This document shows positions 57,355-64,000 of a stretch of 64,000 nt of DNA, piece after piece. The DNA lies in the IMG/VR virus record IMGVR_UViG_3300016472_001104, positions 28,042-92,041 of that record; one strand, written 5' to 3'. The translations under genes were made by a program, and so were the position numbers. This DNA is from a virus. The notes below the pieces were generated by a model. It saw nothing but the letters and a program-made list of their open reading frames with translations. It ran no database searches and was not told where the DNA came from. Every line of letters begins with the position of its first letter. Position 1 is the stretch's first letter.

Positions 57355-57732
57355 ATGAAGTTGGTCGAACTACATAGGGAGTTTATCGATAGGTCAGTGA
57401 GGCCCATGATTTCTCAAGATCTTCCCATAAAGGTTTCCAATCAGGACAAACCAATCATTGCGATTGAAAAGTGGAAGGTCGTATCCGGTTCCCTAAACAA
57501 GAAGTTCATGTTTGAAAACTACGGTGACAGGAATAGATTCCTTCACTCCATGTTGGAATATGAGACACAGGCTGGCCACCATGCGTCATATGACATCAGT
57601 GAACTTGAGGTAACAATAAATCTCATTACGAAGGATGTCAACAAAGTGACGGAATTGGACAAAGAGTTTGCAAGGTATGCCGACAAGGTCAGAAAAGACC
57701 TAATCTACAGGCCAGATAATGCAAGATTCTAA
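57355..57732 (+). CDS. Pterin-4-alpha-carbinolamine dehydratase-like protein
   Basis: LNKKFMF, GHHA, VTELDKEFARYAD. Confidence 0.7.
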   Translation: MKLVELHREFIDRSVRPMISQDLPIKVSNQDKPIIAIEKWKVVSGSLNKKFMFENYGDRNRFLHSMLEYETQAGHHASYDISELEVTINLITKDVNKVTELDKEFARYADKVRKDLIYRPDNARF

Positions 57733-58111
57733 GATCATGGTCAGCCCTGAGCTGGAAGGGTTGATACCAGAGCTTGAGGATCAACTTTCACTTGGTGATG
57801 ATTTTGTCACCGCATCGCTGTCATTGACCGGTGCGACCAGCATGCTGGACCTTCGACTAAAAGGTTTTACGACGTCACCTGTCATCAACATAGAATCTAC
57901 GATTGCAATAAAGACGGCTCTAGAATTATTGAAAAATAAGACCAATGTAACAGTTGAAAGGTTTCAAATTAATTATCAAGGGCTAAGCATGATGGTTGAG
58001 GGACCTTTTTTGTTAGGTAACATGTCGTTGAAGGACATCAATTACCCAACAGGTGATTGCATACTTGTCGTTGATTTGTTGCCTCAAGGCGACAAGAAAG
58101 TCATTTTTTAA
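57719..58111 (+). CDS. Hypothetical protein
   Basis: 130-aa ORF in operon context. Confidence 0.6.
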   Translation: MQDSKIMVSPELEGLIPELEDQLSLGDDFVTASLSLTGATSMLDLRLKGFTTSPVINIESTIAIKTALELLKNKTNVTVERFQINYQGLSMMVEGPFLLGNMSLKDINYPTGDCILVVDLLPQGDKKVIF

Positions 58112-58143
58112 TTTAACTTCATACTTATCTGAAGGAGTGTGTC

Positions 58144-58338
58144 ATGACGCACGATGATGAAGACCAAGAAGATTTGATGGAAGAGCAGGAGTTTACGTTC
58201 GACAAATTCATGGATGATATCCTCATCAAGGAATCCGTGAGATCACCCGTCCTCACAGAGGAAACACCTCAACGTGAGTACGTCAAGAGGTACATTGAGC
58301 GTGCCGCAAATAGAATCAAGTACGTGAGGAACAAGTGA
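58144..58338 (+). CDS. Hypothetical protein
   Basis: AAGGAG RBS and ATACTTA upstream. Confidence 0.65.
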   Translation: MTHDDEDQEDLMEEQEFTFDKFMDDILIKESVRSPVLTEETPQREYVKRYIERAANRIKYVRNK

Positions 58339-58844
58339 TGTCAAAGGATAAGGTCATCAAGGACGGTGTGTCGTTGAGGGATTTCCTAAACGACGTTATC
58401 AACGAAACATTGTCAAAAAAGAAGAGACTGCTCGAGCAGGACGATGAAAAAGAAAAGCTCAAGACAGGTGAAGTCACCGTTGAAGAGGTCATCGAGAAAC
58501 TCAATACAATTCGTGCAGGAAAATCTTTTAAAAGTGAAGAGATCAAGACTGCGATGGAATCCTACCTCAACGATCTTGACAAGGCAGAGAAGACTGCACT
58601 TTTTGCATTTCTAAAGGGAATCTCACAGATCGTAGGCGGCGAGGTCGAGGGCAAAGAGGCGATAGAACCTAGCGACAATCCGGCTTCTGTCAAGATGGAA
58701 AAGAAACCATCAAGCCAGAGGGTCGAGTTGAAGACATCCGTGATCAAAAAGCCATCATCACCCGAGAAGGCACCTGTGGGGAAGGCAGAGAAGTCCAAGG
58801 AAGATACGACTCCCCCGGCTCCAATTGTTGCGAAGAAAAAGTGA
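58338..58844 (+). CDS. Hypothetical protein with shared N-terminal motif
   Basis: SLRDFLNDVINETL...LLEQ; KLNTIRAGKS. Confidence 0.65.
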   Translation: MSKDKVIKDGVSLRDFLNDVINETLSKKKRLLEQDDEKEKLKTGEVTVEEVIEKLNTIRAGKSFKSEEIKTAMESYLNDLDKAEKTALFAFLKGISQIVGGEVEGKEAIEPSDNPASVKMEKKPSSQRVELKTSVIKKPSSPEKAPVGKAEKSKEDTTPPAPIVAKKK

Positions 58845-58877
58845 TATATTCACGGTGATCGTGTTATAATCTGTGAC

Positions 58878-59078
58878 ATGGACAACACAGAAATCAAACA
58901 CGTTAGGCTTCCAAATGGAAACACATTGGAGGTTACAATTTATCCGGGATTCCTTGAAAAGGTTCGAGAGCACTTTAGCCTCGAACCTTCTTCGCAAATC
59001 AATGATGATCACATCCGGATGTATATTTATAGTGCATTCAAGAGTGCAATAGACAAGCAATCGTATGGTACAATCTAA
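58878..59078 (+). CDS. Hypothetical protein
   Basis: TGTTATAAT extended -10 ending 7 nt upstream of the ATG. Confidence 0.6.
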   Translation: MDNTEIKHVRLPNGNTLEVTIYPGFLEKVREHFSLEPSSQINDDHIRMYIYSAFKSAIDKQSYGTI

Positions 59079-59346
59079 TAGGACACTAAAAGAATTCATC
59101 AAACTCATAGTTGAATCAAAGACCCGGAGTGCTCACCTGAGAGACGGTGCCGTCGTTGAATGGGGAGATCCCAAACACATCAGCGACCTTGAGGAACAAA
59201 TTGCCAGTATCCAAGAGAGAAAGAAACGATATGGCCGTGGCACCGCTGTCAGGGCAGAGTGGGCAAAGGTTGAATCAAGGCTTCGAGCTGAACTCAAGTC
59301 TGCTCGAAAACGTGCAAACCAAAATCTCCTTTCAGAAGAAGACTAG
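59065..59346 (+). CDS. Hypothetical protein with shared N-terminal motif
   Basis: TLKEFIKLIVES; ATATTTA upstream. Confidence 0.6.
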   Translation: MVQSNRTLKEFIKLIVESKTRSAHLRDGAVVEWGDPKHISDLEEQIASIQERKKRYGRGTAVRAEWAKVESRLRAELKSARKRANQNLLSEED

Positions 59347-59357
59347 GAAAAATTAAC

Positions 59358-60581
59358 ATGGGTGGAGCGGTAGGGCACCTTCAACACCTCTACGATGATC
59401 TTGATCTCTCTTTCAAAGAGATGACAGACATCATTCTGTCTGCTTCGTCAGGTCGTCTAGAGAATGTTAGCGAAAAACTGGATGGTCTAAACCTCGTATT
59501 TTCTTGGGATGCCTCCGTGGGTTCACCAAGGGTCGCAAGGTCCATCGGTGACATTAAACGCGGTGGAATGGATTCCACTGCCTTGTCGGCAAAGTTTTCA
59601 AATCGTGGGAACTTGACAGAAACATTCAATTCTGCGTTCAAGATTCTCGAACTAGCACTTGGTTCACTGTCAAAATCAATCCTCACCAACGTGTTTGGAA
59701 CCAACGCAAACAGGTGGTATTCGATGGAAGTGATCAGCAGGTCAACACCGAATGTCATCAATTACGATTATGACGCCATCGTCTTTCACGGATGGCCAAC
59801 GTTCCTCGTCAAACCTGACGGAACCTACGATGTGGTTCACGACGCCGAAAGGATCAAAAAACTCGTAAAGAACGTCGCAAAAATGCAGTCCGCAATCAAC
59901 GACACGGGCTGGAAGATTTCAGGTCCGTCCAGCGTCGTTCTTAACAGGGTTTCAACAGACGTTACTAATTCCACAATTTCAAAGATCAGCGGTGTTGTTA
60001 AAGGTACCGGATTGATGATGTCTGCAACGGTGCGTGATTACATCAAAGCAATGACGATCGCAGAGGTAAGAACGTTAGGTTTACCAAAGAATGTTTCAGG
60101 ACTCGTAGTGTTACGTTGTCTTGAAGAACAGGGGTATCCAACACTCGTTGACATCAATAAAATTGTTGATAAATCTTCTTATGTTGCAATCAACAATTTT
60201 GTGAAATCATTTCCAACAAGGATCAAGGAGTTCGTTAGGCCCTTTGAGTTGGCGATCAATGATTTTGCAGTCGAGTTGCTACGGAATACTGGATCAACGT
60301 TCATCGTGAATCACAACGCCGAAGTATTACGTCTCAGGGAAGAAGTTAGAATGGCGATCAAAATGATCACAGCATCAGATAACGAGGTTGCCAGGTCAAT
60401 CTTGGCGACGCAGATCAAGAAGTTAGGATCGCCTGAGAACATTACGTCTCCCATCGAAGGGATTGTATTTGTCTACAACGAAACTGCATACAAATTCACT
60501 GGATCATTTGCAGCAGCGAATCAGGTGCTTGGTCTTTTCAAGTACGGCAGGGGTGGAACAAAGTTAACGACTGCAGCATGA
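59358..60581 (+). CDS. Ligase-like (KxDG) nucleotidyltransferase-fold phage protein
   Basis: GHLQH, SEKLDGLN (motif I), IEGIVF (motif IV), YKFTG (motif V-like). Confidence 0.55.
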   Translation: MGGAVGHLQHLYDDLDLSFKEMTDIILSASSGRLENVSEKLDGLNLVFSWDASVGSPRVARSIGDIKRGGMDSTALSAKFSNRGNLTETFNSAFKILELALGSLSKSILTNVFGTNANRWYSMEVISRSTPNVINYDYDAIVFHGWPTFLVKPDGTYDVVHDAERIKKLVKNVAKMQSAINDTGWKISGPSSVVLNRVSTDVTNSTISKISGVVKGTGLMMSATVRDYIKAMTIAEVRTLGLPKNVSGLVVLRCLEEQGYPTLVDINKIVDKSSYVAINNFVKSFPTRIKEFVRPFELAINDFAVELLRNTGSTFIVNHNAEVLRLREEVRMAIKMITASDNEVARSILATQIKKLGSPENITSPIEGIVFVYNETAYKFTGSFAAANQVLGLFKYGRGGTKLTTAA

Positions 60582-60582
60582 T

Positions 60583-61458
60583 TCATTGATTGACGTTTCC
60601 GCAACACCGGAACCCCTGTTGGTAAAACGTGTGATTCGGGTAGTGGTTGCGTGTCGATGGTCGGCACCTTGTTCTTACTGGACCCCAATAACCACCCTTT
60701 AAGATAGACGGGTACTTACTTGGCCGCGAAGCCACTGTCCACTCATCTATGTTTCCAGTCATGTCGTGGACGCCAAACGGACTGACGCACTGTGGATCTT
60801 CACCGGATGCGTGACCCTTCCAGAGCCTCCACATCTCTGCGCCACACCTCTCTGTTCCGCGTGGAAGCATCACTGATCCGTTGTAGACGATCCACGGCCT
60901 GTCGATGTTGCACTTCGCAGAGTCTCTTTCGTAACCGTATGGGTATGGTAGCGTCTCTTCACCCTCACACGCGAAAGTCCACTCTTCTTCGGTACACAGT
61001 CGCTTTCCTTTTGACTCGCAGAGGTCCGCGGCCTCGTCCCACGTCACCATGATCCACGGCGCTGCACCGATCTGGTTCGGCCATTCATAAGGATCGATGC
61101 AAAAGTGCATGTCTTTCTTGGGCAGCGTGGCCTGGATTTTCTCCCACTTTCCCTCGTCGAAGACAGAGCACCGTTCTGGAAAGTTCTTGTTGATCCACTT
61201 CGTGCACGTCGTCTTTTGGAGGTACTCGACGGTTCCGTCGCCGTATGGGTTGGGTTTGATGTCGAGAGCCATCTTTCCTTTGACCTCGACCATGTCACCG
61301 CCGGGACAGTTTGGTGACCCTGCAGGTTTTACACCAGGTCCTATCTTGTAGACCCAGTGGTCTCCGATGAAGCCCCACGTGTCGGTCGGTGGAGGGTCGC
61401 ACTTTACAATCGTGCAGGGGGGTGAAAATAAAATTTGAAATAGGATCAAAGGATTCAT
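60583..61458 (-). CDS. FGE-sulfatase/SUMF1 (C-type lectin fold) domain protein
   Basis: CIDPYEWPN, GKRLCTEEEWTFAC, SPFGVHDMTGNIDEW, GFRCC; visibly GC-richer than its flanks. Confidence 0.85.
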   Translation of the reverse strand: MNPLILFQILFSPPCTIVKCDPPPTDTWGFIGDHWVYKIGPGVKPAGSPNCPGGDMVEVKGKMALDIKPNPYGDGTVEYLQKTTCTKWINKNFPERCSVFDEGKWEKIQATLPKKDMHFCIDPYEWPNQIGAAPWIMVTWDEAADLCESKGKRLCTEEEWTFACEGEETLPYPYGYERDSAKCNIDRPWIVYNGSVMLPRGTERCGAEMWRLWKGHASGEDPQCVSPFGVHDMTGNIDEWTVASRPSKYPSILKGGYWGPVRTRCRPSTRNHYPNHTFYQQGFRCCGNVNQ

Positions 61459-61467
61459 GTTTCTATT

Positions 61468-61722
61468 TTATTCCATTTTTTTAAAGAGACCTGTTACCGT
61501 TTCTGGTATCCATCCTACGTTTCCGCGTGGCGTTAGCAAAGAAAACCACTTCATTGATCTGCTGTTTAATGGTTGATGTCCCATAGAAATGTCTACGATA
61601 ATTCCGACCAAACCAGGCTCTATAGGTTCTACTATGTTGAACATGTAACCTGGTCCTCTTCTCATTGCAACGGGAAACTTTCTGTCATCCTTTATGATGA
61701 CAAGATCACCTATGTTTATCAT
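61468..61722 (-). CDS. Small SH3-like hypothetical protein
   Basis: IGDLV...GIIVD...GNVGWI. Confidence 0.55.
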   Translation of the reverse strand: MINIGDLVIIKDDRKFPVAMRRGPGYMFNIVEPIEPGLVGIIVDISMGHQPLNSRSMKWFSLLTPRGNVGWIPETVTGLFKKME

Positions 61723-61729
61723 TGCGTTT

Positions 61730-62293
61730 TTACTTGACAATCTCGTCAACGCATCCCCACTTAAGAGCGGATTTTGCATCAAGGTACCAGTCCTTCTTTT
61801 TCTTATAGACCTTTTCCAGCTTCTTTTTTGTGATCTTTGTATTTTCCAGGGTCATTCCCTCGATCATTTTTTGTAGTCGCATGGCCTCAATCAAGTCTTC
61901 CTTAATGTCTGCGACTTTACCATGAGCCCCGGTGCTGACCTGGTGATACATCATTGTTCCGTGCTTATAAATCTTTCGATTACGACCGTTGATTGCAATC
62001 ATGAACCCACAGGACATTGCACATCCAGTGATGATGGTATCAACCGGTGTTCCCTCGCTTTTCATGATCGATAGAAGACCAAAGCATTGGTACACTGCAC
62101 CACCGTAGGAATCGATGTGAATTAGAATCGGTTTTGGTTCATATTTTAGGTTGTGAAGCCTGTATAAGCCCTTCAAGTATTCGTCGTGTTCCCTGATTTC
62201 AATGATCGCCCTAGAGAGGATGTTCATTGAATCCTGATCAACTTGTTGTGCTAAGAATAAATTTCTTGGTGCTGGTCTTTCTAGGTCTGCCAT
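61730..62293 (-). CDS. clpP: ClpP-family protease
   Basis: IHIDSYGG, GCAMSCG (Ser), MYHQ (His), DWYLDAKSALKWGCVDEI. Confidence 0.82.
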   Translation of the reverse strand: MADLERPAPRNLFLAQQVDQDSMNILSRAIIEIREHDEYLKGLYRLHNLKYEPKPILIHIDSYGGAVYQCFGLLSIMKSEGTPVDTIITGCAMSCGFMIAINGRNRKIYKHGTMMYHQVSTGAHGKVADIKEDLIEAMRLQKMIEGMTLENTKITKKKLEKVYKKKKDWYLDAKSALKWGCVDEIVK

Positions 62294-62332
62294 TGTAGTT
62301 TACAACGTACACCGCACCATAATCAGTGTATA

Positions 62333-62605
62333 TCATTGTGATTTTATTACTATGACGCAGTTAACACAAATCCATCCAACGTGACCTTTTTCTGTGCATA
62401 CACGAACACCAGCCAAACAATCATTAGGCTGGCATACGTCAATTACAACTGCGATTTCATCGCTATACATCTTTCCTGATAACACCGGCCAAAAGTTAAA
62501 GTCGGTTTCATCATAATCGTCCCACGTAGACCAGATCACCATGGAACCTGAGATACGATTATTTAACGTTACCAAATCACCTATTTCGGGTGTGTTATCT
62601 TTCAC
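62333..62605 (-). CDS. Small SH3-like hypothetical protein
   Basis: IGDLV...AVVID...GHVGWI; resembles 61468-61722. Confidence 0.55.
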   Translation of the reverse strand: MKDNTPEIGDLVTLNNRISGSMVIWSTWDDYDETDFNFWPVLSGKMYSDEIAVVIDVCQPNDCLAGVRVCTEKGHVGWICVNCVIVIKSQ

Positions 62606-62613
62606 AATAATTC

Positions 62614-62769
62614 TTATTCTTCTGGATGTCCTAAAGCATCAAGCTCTAGGATCAACCTAATTAATTCATTTGTCTCCTCAGAATAATCTATCTTTGCTTT
62701 TCTCAACTCTTGTATCAGCTCATTGAGAACGTTTATTTTTTCTACTAAAGATTCGCGTTCGTTTGTCAT
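62614..62769 (-). CDS. 51-aa hypothetical protein (not in ORF track)
   Basis: MTNERESLVEKINVLNELIQELRKAKIDYSEETNELIRLILELDALGHPEE*; AGGA RBS and ATACTTA upstream. Confidence 0.55.
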   Translation of the reverse strand: MTNERESLVEKINVLNELIQELRKAKIDYSEETNELIRLILELDALGHPEE

Positions 62770-62884
62770 AACGTTTCCTACGCAACCTTAAGTATTTGCT
62801 TCGCTTACGACAAAAGTCAAGCTTTTCATACGCGAAAATGGATGCTTTGTTGATGTGTGCGAGCAACAAAAAGAAAAATAAAAA

Positions 62885-62962
62885 AACGTTTCGATGAATT
62901 TTGATTCATTGTCTCTGTATACATTATTTTATGTTGAGACAACAAACTTTCATCGAAACGTT
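62885..62962. repeat. Long intergenic inverted repeat
   Basis: AACGTTTCGATGAA/TTCATCGAAACGTT (14 bp) enclosing TTGTCTC/GAGACAA. Confidence 0.8.
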
Positions 62963-63047
62963 GAGGGTGTTTTTAGATTTTTTAGGTAAAATTTTCCTTG
63001 TTTTAGGCTTGATGGTAAAAGTTACAACGTTTCTCTACATATGAGAT

Positions 63048-63359
63048 TCAATAATCTTCATAATCGGTGGGAAATTGTTCGTATAACCCTTCCTCAAAAT
63101 CTCCGTCCTCAGACTTGATGTTTCCCACATAATCTTCAAATTCGTCCTCAAACATCGTTGTCTGGGCTTGTTCGTCTGTTTGGCAAACAGATTCCTCGGG
63201 ATTTTCTGAAATTTCATCATTTTCAATGATTTGAACGATATGTTCACTCATCGTTGGTTCGTCGTAAGACTGGCCTTTAACATGAGGCTCATTGGGAACG
63301 AAGCAAACCATCCACGAAGCGATGTATGCAAATTTAGCAATGATTTTTGTAATGTCCAT
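63048..63359 (-). CDS. Acidic hypothetical protein with hydrophobic N-terminus
   Basis: GAGGA RBS; very Asp/Glu-rich C-terminus. Confidence 0.55.
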   Translation of the reverse strand: MDITKIIAKFAYIASWMVCFVPNEPHVKGQSYDEPTMSEHIVQIIENDEISENPEESVCQTDEQAQTTMFEDEFEDYVGNIKSEDGDFEEGLYEQFPTDYEDY

Positions 63360-63441
63360 TTTCAATCCTCTTTATGAACAGCTTTTGAAATTAAAATGTA
63401 CCTGAATGACATAAAGTTTATCTTATGTTACTTTTTGTAGT

Positions 63442-63996
63442 TCATTCGACAGTGTCGTTGATCAATCTGTCATAAATCTCTTTTCCGTGCTCTCGAATTT
63501 TATTCGGCAATCCTGAAATGAATTCAACAACGTTACCGAAAAGTAGATGATCTCGTAGGTCTGTTCCACTGACCTCTATCGTTTCTGATCTTTTTACTCC
63601 TCGACGATTGATTTGTCCGTTTGACACCAACGTCGGTGCCGCATTGGTAAGTATTTCATCCGTGAATTTTAGAATATCTACGTCATCTGAGTAGATCACG
63701 TATGTGTCTTTTGAGCCCTCAGTGTCTGCTTTTTCAAGTTCTTTGAAAACCTTTGAGACAGGAGAGGTGACGTTATCGTAATCAGGAACCACGTTTTTAG
63801 GAAGGGTCGGTTCTATAAAATCCCACCACACTGTCTGCATGTCATCCCCATCGATCAACACCTCACCGGGTCGAGCACGATCTGACGTTGACACGTACAA
63901 CTTGACGATGTCGTTTTCGATCGATGCGATTCTAACGAGCTGATCATGTCCTGCGTGATATGGTTTTGCAGCCATGGGAACTAGCGCAATGATCAT
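63442..63996 (-). CDS. HIGH-superfamily nucleotidyltransferase (cytidyltransferase-like); may extend beyond the window
   Basis: KPYHAGH (HxGH), VSTSDR, VSGTDLR. Confidence 0.75.
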   Translation of the reverse strand: MIIALVPMAAKPYHAGHDQLVRIASIENDIVKLYVSTSDRARPGEVLIDGDDMQTVWWDFIEPTLPKNVVPDYDNVTSPVSKVFKELEKADTEGSKDTYVIYSDDVDILKFTDEILTNAAPTLVSNGQINRRGVKRSETIEVSGTDLRDHLLFGNVVEFISGLPNKIREHGKEIYDRLINDTVE

Positions 63997-64000
63997 AGAG

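Noticed and set aside
60583-61458. Diversity-generating retroelement
   Set aside because: No reverse transcriptase or template/variable repeat pair seen in the window
568-63247. Numerous antisense or alternate-frame ORFs in the track (e.g. 2758-3342, 20107-20856, 50627-51196)
   Set aside because: They are shadows of well-supported genes, with no motifs or RBS
1-64000. tRNA, rRNA, CRISPR arrays, integrase or transposase
   Set aside because: No cloverleaf, repeat-spacer array or recombinase motif seen by eye; intergenic space is minimal; tRNAscan/Infernal were not run
1-64000. Cellular chromosome or eukaryotic giant virus origin
   Set aside because: Tail/baseplate genes, gp32-like SSB, SD sequences and operon-style overlaps indicate a large bacteriophage

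Overview
This window is best read as part of a very large dsDNA (jumbo/huge) bacteriophage genome using the standard genetic code. It is densely coding and mostly on the + strand. In order it holds: a tail/baseplate module (1-11.5 kb); a replication/recombination module (minimal family-A polymerase, HD hydrolase, gp32-like SSB, RecA/UvsX, dUTPase, 5'-3' nuclease, DnaB-like helicase, class II RNR with an HNH intein); nucleotide and stress genes interleaved with many unknown proteins that share an N-terminal helical motif; an actin-fold ATPase; a heavily fragmented DnaE locus; a probable cytosine-hypermodification cluster; and a possible lysis trio. The DnaE locus (37.8-44.1 kb) is the most unusual region. 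Its PHP motif-I N-terminus occurs twice as unannotated mini-ORFs flanking a homing endonuclease gene. The downstream copy is separated from the body of the gene by exactly 7 extra nt (TAGCTTG), directly after a perfect 10-bp GC-rich stem. The C-terminal part is joined through a naturally split intein whose halves are separated by a second endonuclease gene. A recurrent ATANTTA motif just upstream of structural-type genes suggests a phage-specific late promoter, often with leaderless mRNAs. I saw no tRNA, rRNA or CRISPR array. All calls come from motif recognition by eye; no searches were run.
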